Shown one piece after another: positions 49,450 to 59,689 of a stretch of DNA of 64,000 nucleotides. The DNA comes from an uncultured Holophaga sp. (GTDB taxonomy: Bacteria > Acidobacteriota > Holophagae > Holophagales > Holophagaceae): positions 1,152,001 to 1,216,000 of the forward strand of contig OY761614.1 of assembly GCA_963664825.1 (NCBI GenBank), in the 5' to 3' direction. Below the pieces are notes generated by a model. That model saw only the letters and a list, made by a program, of their open reading frames with translations, had not been told where the DNA came from and searched no databases. Positions within the stretch are counted from its first letter, which is position 1, and the number at the start of each line of letters is the position of its first letter. The position numbers and the translations under genes are program-made.

Positions 49450-51045
49450 ATGCTCGGCCATCTACCCATAACCTGCCTTTTTTCTGCGGCCCTGGCGGCC
49501 CAGGCTCCTGTGGCCCAAGAGGCTCCCCTGCGGGCCCATATGGCCTTCCTGGCCGATGATCTGCTGGAAGGCCGGGGCCCGGGTACCCGGGGAGGGCGCC
49601 TCGCGGCCCGCTACCTCGAAGCCCAGCTCCAGGCCCTGGGCCTGCGCCCGGCCTTCGGAACGTCCTTTCTGCAGCCCGTGAAGCTCCTGGGCATCCGCAC
49701 CCTCAGCGCTGGCACGCATCTCTCGTTCCTGGGCCCTGGGGGCGAGCTCGATTTCAAATGGGATCAGGATTTCCTGGTGGGCAGCGGAGCGCCAGTCTCG
49801 GAGCTGAAACTGGATGCCCCCCTTCTCTTCGTGGGCCATGGCATCACCCTGGGGGACCGGGACGACTTCAAGGACATGGATGTGCAAGGGAAGATCCTGG
49901 TGGCCCTGGTGGGCGATCGCCCCGGAGAAGCGCCGGATTGGGGCGGCCCCGGCCACTTCAAAGGACGATGGACCGCCAAGCTCGACGAAGCGCGCCGCCG
50001 GGGCGCCGCCGGCATCCTGCTCATCCACATGCCTGCTCGGGCGGGCTACGGATGGGACGTGGTGCGTTCCGGATGGACCTCCGAGCGCTTCCAGCGGGAT
50101 CCGGCTCCGGCCAAGGCCGGGCTCCAGGGATGGATCACCGAGGGTGCCGCCCGGAAGCTCTTCAGCGCCTCGGGCTTGGATTTCGATAGGCTCTGCCAAG
50201 CCGCCAATGGCCGGGACTTCAGGCCCATTGCCCTGGGTGTGCGCCTGAAGGGCACGCTAAGGAGCGCCTTGCGCCGCTTCGAAGACCTGAACGTGGCGGG
50301 GGTCCTGCCGGGCACGGACCCCGCACTCCAGAAGGAACTGATCATCTATTCCGCCCACTGGGATCACTTGGGCGTGGAACCCACCACGGGGCGGATCTTC
50401 CACGGGGCCGTGGACAACGCCTCGGGCTGCGCCGGCGTCCTGGCCCTCGCCCAGGCCCTGCGGCCTCAGGCCCTCCGCCGCAGCCAGATGTTCCTCTTCA
50501 CCTGCGCTGAGGAACCGGGCCTATTGGGAGCCGAAGCCTTCGTGGCCGCCAGTCCCTGGCCCCTGGAGCAGATCCTCGCGGTGCTCAATCTGGAGAGTCT
50601 CAATTTCGCGGGGCCCACCCGGAATATCGGGTTAGCGGGTTCCGAGCGCAGCAGTCTGGCGGACCAGGCCCAGCGGATCGCCCGGGAGATGGGCCTCACC
50701 GTCGCCCCCTCCAGGTCCGATTCGGCAGGGCTCGCCTTCCGGGCCGATCACTTCGCCTTCGTGAAGGCCGGCATCCCCGCCTTCTCGCCGGGTTTCTCCC
50801 TGGATGGAGGATGGGATTTCCTGGACCCCCAGCAGGGGAATCTGGCCAAGACCTTCCTGGCCCGGCACTACCACCGGCCCTCGGATATCTATGCCCCCTC
50901 CTGGGATCTGCGAGGCATGCTCCAGCAGGTCCAGTTCGTCCTGAACCTGGGCCTGAGCCTGAGCCTGGCCAATAGCCCGGAACGCCCGGTCTGGAAGGGC
51001 CAGGCTCCCGCCTTCGGCAGCTTCCTTTCGGACCCTAAAAAGTAA
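49450..51045 (+). CDS. M28 family peptidase with PA domain
   Basis: FLADDLLEGR, AHWDHLG, GAVDNASG, AEEPGLLG, DHF, YHRPSD. Confidence 0.9.
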   Translation: MLGHLPITCLFSAALAAQAPVAQEAPLRAHMAFLADDLLEGRGPGTRGGRLAARYLEAQLQALGLRPAFGTSFLQPVKLLGIRTLSAGTHLSFLGPGGELDFKWDQDFLVGSGAPVSELKLDAPLLFVGHGITLGDRDDFKDMDVQGKILVALVGDRPGEAPDWGGPGHFKGRWTAKLDEARRRGAAGILLIHMPARAGYGWDVVRSGWTSERFQRDPAPAKAGLQGWITEGAARKLFSASGLDFDRLCQAANGRDFRPIALGVRLKGTLRSALRRFEDLNVAGVLPGTDPALQKELIIYSAHWDHLGVEPTTGRIFHGAVDNASGCAGVLALAQALRPQALRRSQMFLFTCAEEPGLLGAEAFVAASPWPLEQILAVLNLESLNFAGPTRNIGLAGSERSSLADQAQRIAREMGLTVAPSRSDSAGLAFRADHFAFVKAGIPAFSPGFSLDGGWDFLDPQQGNLAKTFLARHYHRPSDIYAPSWDLRGMLQQVQFVLNLGLSLSLANSPERPVWKGQAPAFGSFLSDPKK

Positions 51046-51068
51046 AGGGCGCGATCCACCGCGCCCTT
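51045..51068. terminator. Hairpin between the convergent M28 and pilC genes
   Basis: AAGGGCGCG-atccac-CGCGCCCTT. Confidence 0.55.
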
Positions 51069-51089
51069 CACTCTTCTTAGGATGCTTGA

Positions 51090-52289
51090 TCAGTCCTTGC
51101 CCATGACGTTGGCCAGGTTGAAGATCGGCATATACATGGCGATGACGATGAACCCGATGACCCCGCCCAGGATGGCGATGATCAGGGGTTCCATGAGGGA
51201 CGTGAGGGCCGAGACGGCATTATCCACTTCGTCCTCATAGAAGTCCGCCACCTTATTGAGCATGGCGTCCAGGGCACCGGTGGCCTCGCCCACACCCACC
51301 ATCTGGACCACCATGGGGGGGAAGACCTTGGTCTCCGCCAGGGGCGTGGCGATGTTCCGGCCCTGTTCGACTGCGCTCTTGCACCTGAGGATGGCGTTCT
51401 GGATGACCATATTGCCCGAGGTGCGGGCCGTGATATCCATGCCCTCCAGGATGGGCACGCCGGAGCTGGTGAGGGTCCCCAGGGTGCGGCAGAAGCGCGC
51501 CACGGCCGTCTTCCGAAGGATATCGCCCAGGACGGGGATCTTCAGGAAGATGGTGTCGATCTGCAGGTGCCCGGCGGTGGTCTTGTAATACTGCTTGAGG
51601 CCGATGACGATGGCCGCCACCACGATGCCAACGATCCAGAAGTAGTGAATCAAGACATTGGACATGGCGATGCAGACGATCGTGGGGAAGGGGAGGCTGG
51701 AGCCCATGCCCTCATACATGGCCGAGAACACCGGGATCACCTTGACCATGATGACCACCACCACCACCGCGGCCAGCGTGAGCACGACGATGGGGTAGGT
51801 CATGGCGCCCTTGACCTTGCTGGTCAATTTCACAGCCTTCTCGATGTAGATGGAGAGGCGCTGGAGGATGATATCCAGGATGCCGCCGGCCTCGCCGGCC
51901 CCCACCATGTTCACGTAGAGATCATTGAAGGCCTTGGGATGCTTGGCCATGGCGGCCTGGAGGGTGGCGCCCTGCTCGACGTCGCCGCGCACGGCCTCGA
52001 TGATCTTCTGGAAGCCCTTGTCCTGCTGCTGGGCCCCCAGGATCTCCAGGCACTGCACCAGGGGCAGGCCCGCGTCGATCATCACGCTGAACTGGCGGGT
52101 GAAGATGGCCAGATCCCTGGATTTGACCTTGCCGAAGCTCTTGGTGACCGTGGTCTGAGGCTTGACGAAGAGGACCTGGATGCCGTTGCGTTTGAGCGTA
52201 GCCGAGGCCTGGTCCTTGGTATCGGAGACAATGATCCCCTCCTGGACCTCGCCCAGCCGATTCTTGCCTTTCCATACGTATGCGGGCAT
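51090..52289 (-). CDS. pilC: Type IV pilus inner-membrane platform protein
   Basis: FTRQFSVMIDAGLPL, GEAGGILD, GEATGALD, MYMPIF. Confidence 0.95.
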   Translation of the reverse strand: MPAYVWKGKNRLGEVQEGIIVSDTKDQASATLKRNGIQVLFVKPQTTVTKSFGKVKSRDLAIFTRQFSVMIDAGLPLVQCLEILGAQQQDKGFQKIIEAVRGDVEQGATLQAAMAKHPKAFNDLYVNMVGAGEAGGILDIILQRLSIYIEKAVKLTSKVKGAMTYPIVVLTLAAVVVVVIMVKVIPVFSAMYEGMGSSLPFPTIVCIAMSNVLIHYFWIVGIVVAAIVIGLKQYYKTTAGHLQIDTIFLKIPVLGDILRKTAVARFCRTLGTLTSSGVPILEGMDITARTSGNMVIQNAILRCKSAVEQGRNIATPLAETKVFPPMVVQMVGVGEATGALDAMLNKVADFYEDEVDNAVSALTSLMEPLIIAILGGVIGFIVIAMYMPIFNLANVMGKD

Positions 52290-52360
52290 GGGGACCTCTT
52301 AGTGAAGAATGGATATTCGTGGACTCAGCATAGGCCGGAAGAGAATCTCGGGGAAGCCCC

Positions 52361-53554
52361 TCAAGAGTACTTGATGTTCGGGTTCCTTCCCCCCAGGAGC
52401 GCAGAGCCCGCCCCCTTCTGGGCCGCATGGGAGGCGGCATTGGCCGCGGCACCCCCTTGAGTGCCCACGCCGCGATTGATGAGTTCCCGGAGTTCGTCCT
52501 GGTTCGAGCTGTATCCGAGGGCCATCTCCTGGGTGATCTCCCCCCGGAGCACCAGATCGGAGAGGCTCTGGTTGAAGGTCTGCATCCCGAACTTGAGCTG
52601 GCCCGTCTGCATGGAGCTGTAGACCTGGTGGATCTTGTCCTCGCGGATCAGGTTGCGGATGGCCGGGTTGGGAACCATCACCTCCAGCGCCAGAGAGCGC
52701 CCCTTGCCGCTGGCCTTGGGAATCAGGGACTGGCAGATCACCCCCTCCAGCACCAGGGAGAGCTGGGCCCGCACCTGGGGCTGCTGGTAGGCGGGAAACA
52801 CGTCGATGATGCGGTTGACGGTCTGCACCGTGGAATTGGTGTGGAGGGTCGCGAAGGTGAGATGGCCCGTCTCCGCGATGGTGAGGGCTGATTCGATGGT
52901 CTCCAGGTCCCGCAGTTCCCCCACGAGCACCACGTCTGGATCCTGGCGCAGGGCGGAGCGCAGGGCCTTCTTGAAACTGTGGGTATCGGCGTGGATCTCC
53001 CGCTGGTTCACCAGGCAGCGCTTGTGTTTGTGCACGTACTCGATCGGGTCCTCGATGGTGAGGATGTGCAGTTGCTCCCGCTCGTTGATGTAATCGATCA
53101 TGGCCGCGAGCGTGGTGGACTTGCCTGAACCCGTCACACCGGTCACCAATACGAGGCCCCGGGGCTTTTCGCAGAGGCTCGCGGCGACGGGCGGCAGGCC
53201 GAGAGCCTCGAAGCTGCGGATATTCTCGGGGATGGTGCGGAAGGCCCCGGCTGTGGCGCCGCGCTGGTTGTAGACATTGGCGCGGAAGCGCGCCACACCC
53301 TGGAGACCGAAGGAGAAATCGACCTCCAGATCCTCCTCCAGGCGGTGCTTCTGCTGGTCGGTCATGACGCTGTAGCAGAGCCAGCGGGTCTGGGCGGAAT
53401 CCAGGGGGGGCAGTTTGAGGGGCACCATGCGCCCATCGATACGGATCTGGGGCGCGCTATCGGTCGTGATGTGGAGGTCGGTCCCACCATACTCCACCAT
53501 GGTCTTGAGCAACTGCTGGAGCGGAGCGACGTACTGGGTATTGGCTTCGACCAT
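52361..53554 (-). CDS. pilT: Type IV pilus retraction ATPase
   Basis: GVTGSGKST, EDPIE, LRQDPD, AETGHL, AIRNLIRE. Confidence 0.95.
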   Translation of the reverse strand: MVEANTQYVAPLQQLLKTMVEYGGTDLHITTDSAPQIRIDGRMVPLKLPPLDSAQTRWLCYSVMTDQQKHRLEEDLEVDFSFGLQGVARFRANVYNQRGATAGAFRTIPENIRSFEALGLPPVAASLCEKPRGLVLVTGVTGSGKSTTLAAMIDYINEREQLHILTIEDPIEYVHKHKRCLVNQREIHADTHSFKKALRSALRQDPDVVLVGELRDLETIESALTIAETGHLTFATLHTNSTVQTVNRIIDVFPAYQQPQVRAQLSLVLEGVICQSLIPKASGKGRSLALEVMVPNPAIRNLIREDKIHQVYSSMQTGQLKFGMQTFNQSLSDLVLRGEITQEMALGYSSNQDELRELINRGVGTQGGAAANAASHAAQKGAGSALLGGRNPNIKYS

Positions 53555-53570
53555 GGAGACCTCCCGGGTT

Positions 53571-55421
53571 TCAGAGCACCGTCTCGCGGACGATCTCTTC
53601 GATGGTGGTGACGCCATCCAGCACCTTGCGGCAACCGGAGCGGCGAAGGGTGATCATGCCTTCCTTCACAGCCTGTTCCCGGAGTTCCATGGCGCTGGCT
53701 CCGGTGAGGATCATATCCCTCAGGGTTTCCGAGATCTCCAGCACTTCATAGAGACCCACGCGGCCCTTGAGCCCCTTCTTGTTGCAGGTGGGGCATCCCA
53801 TGCCCTTCATGATCGTGATGCCCTTCCGGACCTCTTCCTCGGTGAAGCCCACCTTCAGGAGGGCCTCGGGCGGCGGCTGATGGGGATCCGGGGCCTTGCA
53901 TTCCGAACAGATGCGCCGAATGAGGCGCTGGGCGCAGATGATATTGACGGAGGTGGCCACCAGGAAGGGCTCCACACCCATGTTCATGAGGCGGCTGATG
54001 GTGCTGGGCGCATCGTTGGTATGGAGGGTGGAGAGCACCAAGTGCCCCGTGAGGGAGGCCTTGATGGCGATTTCCGCCGTTTCGAAATCGCGGATCTCGC
54101 CCACCAGGATGATATTGGGGTCCTGGCGCAGGAAGGAACGCAGGGCGGCTGCGAAATTGAGGCCGATCTGCTCCTTCATCTGGACCTGGTTGATGCCCGC
54201 GAAATTGAATTCCACGGGATCCTCGGCCGTGAGGATATTCACATCTGGCTGGTTCAGTTTGGCGATGGAGGAATACAGCGTGTTGGTCTTCCCGGAGCCC
54301 GTGGGGCCCGTGACTAGCACCATGCCGTAGGGCTTAGAGATCTGCCGGTCCCACTGGGCCAGGCTCTCGGGCTCGAAGCCCAGCTTGGTGAGATCCAGCA
54401 TCAACTTGTCGCTATCCAGGAGCCGCAGCACGATCTTCTCGCCGAAGAGGGTGGGCAGGATGGAGACGCGATAATCGATGGTCTTCTGCTGGCCGCCCAG
54501 ACTCACCCGCAGCTTGATACGGCCATCCTGGGGGAGCCGCTTCTCGGCGATATTGAGCTTGGCCAGGATCTTGATGCGGGAGGTGACGGAATCCTTCAGC
54601 TTGATATTGGGCCGCATCACCTCCATCAGCTGACCGTCGATGCGGAACCGGATGCGGTAGCTCTTCTCGTAGGGCTCCACATGGATATCCGAAGCGCCCT
54701 TCCGGATGGCATCGATGAGCACCATGTTCACCAAGCGCACCACCGGCGCCTCTTCGCTGCCCTTGGCCAGGGCGGCCGCGTTGATGTTCTCCTCTTCATC
54801 GATGGTGTCGTACTGGGTCTCGCTCTCCTCCAGTTCGTCTTCCAGCCCCTTGAGATCCAGCGCCTCATCGGCGGCATCCTCGAAGGCACCCTTGTTGAAG
54901 GCCCCGAGGCTTCCGGCCTCGGGAGCCCCGAAGGCCTGATTCGCCGGTTTCTTCGCTCCCAGGGGCCCATCTTCCCGGAGGCGCAGGCCGCTGGAACCGC
55001 CGTAGTAGCGCTCGATCCCGCGGATCAGCCCCATCTCGGAAGAGACCACAGGATCGATGTTGTAGCCCGTATGAAAACGCACATCGTCCATGGCGAAGAT
55101 ATCGGTGGGATCGGACATGGCCAGGGTCAGCACATTGCCGGAACGCTGGAGGGGCAGGACCTTGTGCTTATTGGCCAGTTCCGAGGGCACCAGGGCGATC
55201 ACGGAGGCCTCGATGGTGGGCCACTGATCCAGATCCGCCGCCGGGACTCCGTACTGCATTCCCAGGAAGCTTACGATGTCTTGGTCCGAGCAAAAACCCT
55301 GGCGAACGACGATGCTGCCGAGCTTCCCGCCCTCCCGCCGCTGGATCTTCAATGCGTCTTCCAGCTGAGGGTCGGTGATCAGCTGCGCCTTAACAAGCAT
55401 TTCGCCGAGCTTGCTAGCCAA
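53571..55421 (-). CDS. pilB: Type IV pilus assembly ATPase with N-terminal MshEN-like motifs
   Basis: KLGEMLV/KLGSIVV, ASDIHVEP, GPTGSGKT, LRQDP, CSEC/CPTC; TTG start. Confidence 0.95.
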   Translation of the reverse strand: MASKLGEMLVKAQLITDPQLEDALKIQRREGGKLGSIVVRQGFCSDQDIVSFLGMQYGVPAADLDQWPTIEASVIALVPSELANKHKVLPLQRSGNVLTLAMSDPTDIFAMDDVRFHTGYNIDPVVSSEMGLIRGIERYYGGSSGLRLREDGPLGAKKPANQAFGAPEAGSLGAFNKGAFEDAADEALDLKGLEDELEESETQYDTIDEEENINAAALAKGSEEAPVVRLVNMVLIDAIRKGASDIHVEPYEKSYRIRFRIDGQLMEVMRPNIKLKDSVTSRIKILAKLNIAEKRLPQDGRIKLRVSLGGQQKTIDYRVSILPTLFGEKIVLRLLDSDKLMLDLTKLGFEPESLAQWDRQISKPYGMVLVTGPTGSGKTNTLYSSIAKLNQPDVNILTAEDPVEFNFAGINQVQMKEQIGLNFAAALRSFLRQDPNIILVGEIRDFETAEIAIKASLTGHLVLSTLHTNDAPSTISRLMNMGVEPFLVATSVNIICAQRLIRRICSECKAPDPHQPPPEALLKVGFTEEEVRKGITIMKGMGCPTCNKKGLKGRVGLYEVLEISETLRDMILTGASAMELREQAVKEGMITLRRSGCRKVLDGVTTIEEIVRETVL

Positions 55422-55506
55422 TGGTTGCCTCCGATTGGGGGGAGGTCAGAAGTCTACCACCCCAATACTCAACGCGCCGCACATGGCGAGTTTCAAATGA
55501 GCGGCT

Positions 55507-57480
55507 ATGCTGTGGAGCATGTCCTCTTCTATCCCGTCAACACTGCGCCTGGATAAGGCCCGGGAACTCATCCGGGAGAAGGGGCTCTCTCGCCAGGATC
55601 TGGAGCTGCTCGAGGAGATCCTCCGGCTGGGCGCTTCCGACCTCCCTCCCCTGCTCGCCGCCTCCGACACCACACCCCTCCTCGAGGAATCCCTTCCCCT
55701 GGCCAAATTGCGACGGGGCCTGGGACTGTTCCTGGCCTTCCTGAATCAGTTTTCGGATCGTCGGTTGGGTGAAATCCGTCCCGCCATGGGCCTCGTCCTG
55801 CAGCACAGCCTGACCCATCTGGGCCTATTGGCCAAGGCCGCCCATCGGGATCTGCTCTGCCGCCACCAGGAACCGGAGTGGGTGATCAATCTCCTGGATC
55901 TCATCGCGAGCCTCCACGCCATCTCCACTTCCCTGGGTACCGAGGAGGCGCCTCGGCTGCTGGAACACTGGGCCGCCTTCCTTCAGGAGAACCGCGATCA
56001 CTTCCGGGGCCTCTTCCAGGCCGTGGGCGAAGGGGAGGAAGTCCACGCCCTCTCCCTCCGTTTGAACCAACAGATGAAGGCCCTCAACCAGGCCCTCCAA
56101 AACCCCACGGGCCGCCCCCTGGACCACATCCGTCGGCTGGAAACCCTGCTGGAAAGTGCCATTCCGGAGGCCACCCGCACACGGGGGGAACCCCTCCTGT
56201 TGGTCCAGCATGTCATCGCCAGCCTGCGGATGAGCCTGGTGCGTCCCCTGGATCGGGGCGTCCACTGGCCTGCGGTGGAGCAGGTCCGCGGCAGCCTGCA
56301 ATGGCTCTGGAACCACCTGGGATGGACCCTGGCGCGCATCGAGGGGAGCTTCTTCGAAGAGCGCCTCCCCCTGGAAGTGCGGGATCTGCTCAAGCAGTTG
56401 CGCAGGGAACACCCGCTGGCCTTCAGGGTCGTGGCCCGGGCCCTGGCCAGCCACCTGGCCCTGCTCAGCCTGGTGGAACGCATGGAACCGGCGGCCAACG
56501 CCTCCATTCCCGAACGCTACGCCGCCGTGCCCACCTTCTTCGTGGTGGAATCCGAACTGGGCCGCCTCGCGGAGCGGGTCTACCACCCAAGGGCCGCCGA
56601 GCAATTGCCCAAGGGCAGCGAAGAGGGGCTGCTGCTGGGCGCCTTCCTCCGCCAGGCCGTGCTCTCCCTCATGCAGGACCAATCCACCATCCGAGGCCTC
56701 CTGCAGCAGGCCTTGGCCAATAACGATGTGGATCAGCTGGCCAGCAGCCTGGACAACCTCAAGGCCCTCCTTCTGTCCCACCAGCGCCAGCTCATGGCCG
56801 ATCTGGTGGGGCTCTTCTCGCCGGATCTCCGCCAGCGGCTCTTCCCCGATTCCCCTTCCCTCACCGAAGAAGGCGATCGCCTCCGCCAACGCCTGCATCG
56901 CCTCTGGGAGTATCTGGACCCGGCCCACCAGCAGATCCTGCTCCACCTGGAACTCCTGGATCTGCCGCGGCTGGCCCTGGCCCTGGGACAGGCCCAGAAC
57001 CAGGTGGCCTCCTTCCGCCGCAGTCCTGAATTCCTGTTGATCCGCACCCAGGACCGCCAGGAATTCGATCACCTCACCCAACAGCTCAGCCGCACCCTGG
57101 AAGGCCCCGGGGAAATCGAAAACGCGCTCCGGGATGGCAGCGAACTGGTGGGGGAACTGCTGCGTTTCCTGGATGTCTTCCTGCTCCGAATCAACGCCCG
57201 AGTGCCCCTCATCCGCCTGGACCTCAATACGGCCCGGGAGGCCCACCAGCTCTGCATGAGCCTGGCCGACCCAACTCATCCGTCCCCGGATCGGGCCCGG
57301 ACGGCCCACAAACTGATCCAGGCCGCCAAATCCCTGGGCGTCCGAGACACCCAGGCTGTGAGCCTGCTCAAGCGCTGGGTCCGCGCCGAGCGGGGCGGCA
57401 AAGACACCTGTGGGGCCCTGGAGCCCCTGGGTTCTCATCTCGAACACCTGGCTGCGCGGCTCGAAGCCGCCCTCAACTGA
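55507..57480 (+). CDS. Large Leu-rich helical hypothetical protein
   Basis: 657-codon ORF with host-like codon usage, 8 nt upstream of the GGDEF gene. Confidence 0.75.
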   Translation: MLWSMSSSIPSTLRLDKARELIREKGLSRQDLELLEEILRLGASDLPPLLAASDTTPLLEESLPLAKLRRGLGLFLAFLNQFSDRRLGEIRPAMGLVLQHSLTHLGLLAKAAHRDLLCRHQEPEWVINLLDLIASLHAISTSLGTEEAPRLLEHWAAFLQENRDHFRGLFQAVGEGEEVHALSLRLNQQMKALNQALQNPTGRPLDHIRRLETLLESAIPEATRTRGEPLLLVQHVIASLRMSLVRPLDRGVHWPAVEQVRGSLQWLWNHLGWTLARIEGSFFEERLPLEVRDLLKQLRREHPLAFRVVARALASHLALLSLVERMEPAANASIPERYAAVPTFFVVESELGRLAERVYHPRAAEQLPKGSEEGLLLGAFLRQAVLSLMQDQSTIRGLLQQALANNDVDQLASSLDNLKALLLSHQRQLMADLVGLFSPDLRQRLFPDSPSLTEEGDRLRQRLHRLWEYLDPAHQQILLHLELLDLPRLALALGQAQNQVASFRRSPEFLLIRTQDRQEFDHLTQQLSRTLEGPGEIENALRDGSELVGELLRFLDVFLLRINARVPLIRLDLNTAREAHQLCMSLADPTHPSPDRARTAHKLIQAAKSLGVRDTQAVSLLKRWVRAERGGKDTCGALEPLGSHLEHLAARLEAALN

Positions 57481-57488
57481 GGTCAGCC

Positions 57489-58643
57489 ATGGCCGATGTC
57501 TACTGGACGGAAATTCACCAGGCCAAAAGCGCCCCTCTGTTGCAGCGCGCCCTGGGCGAATGGGGCTTCCGGGTCCTGCCTGGCGCTGGCCGAGGGACGG
57601 TGCTCATCGTGGCCGATCGCCCGGACCCGCGGCTCATTCCCCTCCAAGCCATGGAGATCCTCTGGTGGATCCGGGAGGCCTGCCCCGAAGAGACCAGTGA
57701 AGTCCTGGCCCGGCGCCCCGGTTGGGTATTGCGCCAATCCATGCCCCTGGAGGCCGTGAGAGAGGCCCTGCATCATCTTCAACGGCGGGACCTGGGCAGC
57801 GAGGGTTGGCTCCGACAGATGCTGCACTTGGCCACGCTGGACGAGCTGCTGCGTCTCGTGCTGGTGCGCGCCGAACAACTCTCCGGTGCCCGACAAGGCG
57901 CCATCTGGATCCGCCAGGAGGGAGCCTACTTCCAGCGCTGCGGGGAAGGCTTCCCGGAGGCCCCCCTCAACTATCGGGAAGCCGCCGAGCTCGTGCGTCT
58001 GGGGCAGGCGTGGCTCCTGTGTCCGGGCACCCAGATGGGAATTCTCCGCCTTAAGGATCCCCAGGGCGACCCCGAGCACTACCTGGGCTGGATCAAGGAT
58101 GTGGAGGATCTCCTGCTCAACGCCTGGAACCTGGAGACGAGCAAGGCGCTCTCCTTCCGGGACGATCTCACCGTGGCCCGCAATCGCCGCGCCCTGGAGG
58201 CCGATCTGCCCCAGATCATCCGCGAGGCCGCCGCCCGGGGGGAATCCGTCTCCCTCCTCTTCCTCGATGTGGACAATCTGAAGGGACTGAACAGCCAATT
58301 CGGACATCCCACTGGCAGCAAGGTCATCACCCATATCGCCCTGGAGGCCCAGCGGGTCATCCGCGCCCAGGACCGCCTCTACCGCTATGGAGGTGACGAA
58401 TTCTGCGTGGTCATTCCCGGCACCACAACCCTGGGCGCCGCGAAGATGGGGGAGCGCCTCCTGCAGAAGCTCCTGGAAACGCCCATCCGCGTGGGGGACT
58501 GCGATGTGCCAGTTTCCACCAGCGTCGGCATCGCCACCTACCCCACCCACGCCGATGGGGCCGAACACCTGCTGGAAAGGGCCGATCAGGCTCTCTTCCA
58601 GGCCAAGGCCATGGGCAAGGCCCGGGTGGTGGTGGCCGAGTAA
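57489..58643 (+). CDS. Diguanylate cyclase (GGDEF)
   Basis: DDLT, LDVDNLKGLN, RAQD I-site (RxxD), YGGDEF, ADQALFQAK. Confidence 0.92.
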   Translation: MADVYWTEIHQAKSAPLLQRALGEWGFRVLPGAGRGTVLIVADRPDPRLIPLQAMEILWWIREACPEETSEVLARRPGWVLRQSMPLEAVREALHHLQRRDLGSEGWLRQMLHLATLDELLRLVLVRAEQLSGARQGAIWIRQEGAYFQRCGEGFPEAPLNYREAAELVRLGQAWLLCPGTQMGILRLKDPQGDPEHYLGWIKDVEDLLLNAWNLETSKALSFRDDLTVARNRRALEADLPQIIREAAARGESVSLLFLDVDNLKGLNSQFGHPTGSKVITHIALEAQRVIRAQDRLYRYGGDEFCVVIPGTTTLGAAKMGERLLQKLLETPIRVGDCDVPVSTSVGIATYPTHADGAEHLLERADQALFQAKAMGKARVVVAE

Positions 58644-58693
58644 GCGTCGCGCACAGGGCCGAGGAGGGTTGCCCCCGCCGGGAGGTAGCCCGT

Positions 58694-59689
58694 TCAGCCC
58701 CTGAGGATGAGGGCGATCTCCCGGAGCAGGGACTCGGCCGAAGGGTTGCGCACCAGGTTCCGCTGAACCTCGTGGATGAGGGCCACGGGCCCCTTGAGAT
58801 CCAGGGGCGAACGGGCCAAGCCCTCCAGGCCTTCCCTCCAGGACTCAAGGCTTGGGCTCCGCCCCTCCCGGAGGCGACCGATATCCCCCAGGATGCGCAG
58901 GAGGAGCTCCAGGCCTCGGGCCATCTGCTCGCTCTGGGCCAGGGTCGAATTCTTCTCCGGCAGGAGGGGACCGGCGGCTTCCGCGAAGGTCGCACCGCCC
59001 GCCAAGGCCAGCCAAGCCTCGAGCCGGGCTGCGGCCAGAGCGAAATCGGCCGGATCCAGGTAGCGCAGGGTGCCCGCCGACAGGGACGTCCAGCGTTCCC
59101 GGTCTTCCTCCCCCCAGCCCGCCGCCGCAGCCACCCTCCAGGCCTCTTCGCCTTCCAGGGCCTTCATGGGGATGCGCTCGCAGCGGGAACGGATGGTCTG
59201 GAGCATGGCTTCGGCCCGATGGGTCACCAGCAGGAAGTGAGTCCCGGCCGGAGGCTCTTCGAGCGTCTTCAAAAGCATATTGGCGCTGGCGCCATTCAAG
59301 CGGTGGGCGTCCTCCACCAGGATCCAGCGATGGGTGCCGGGCAGAGAGGCCTGGTGCGCCCATCGAATGACCCCACCCTCCACCAGATCATCCTCGCGGA
59401 TGGCGCCGATCCGAATGAGGCCAGCCTTGCCTTCCGGGGCGATGCGCAGGAGATTGGGAAGTTCCACCGGGAGAGGCTCGGCCTTGAAAGGCTTGCAGCC
59501 CTCGCAGACGCCGCAGGCGCTCCGCCTGAAACAGAGTTCCCGTTGAGCCAGTTCCAGCGCGACGCGGCGCTTGCCGATGCCCTCGGGCCCCGTGAAGAGC
59601 AGGGAGCCCGAGAGCTGCCCCGATTGGACGCGCTCCCAGAGGCGCTGACGGATAGGCAGATGACCCTGGATCGCGGGATCGAACATCAT
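58694..59689 (-). CDS. holB: DNA polymerase III delta-prime-like subunit
   Basis: GPEGIGK, C-x4-CGVCEGC, ANMLLKTLEEPP, TIRSRC; follows tmk. Confidence 0.88.
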   Translation of the reverse strand: MMFDPAIQGHLPIRQRLWERVQSGQLSGSLLFTGPEGIGKRRVALELAQRELCFRRSACGVCEGCKPFKAEPLPVELPNLLRIAPEGKAGLIRIGAIREDDLVEGGVIRWAHQASLPGTHRWILVEDAHRLNGASANMLLKTLEEPPAGTHFLLVTHRAEAMLQTIRSRCERIPMKALEGEEAWRVAAAAGWGEEDRERWTSLSAGTLRYLDPADFALAAARLEAWLALAGGATFAEAAGPLLPEKNSTLAQSEQMARGLELLLRILGDIGRLREGRSPSLESWREGLEGLARSPLDLKGPVALIHEVQRNLVRNPSAESLLREIALILRG

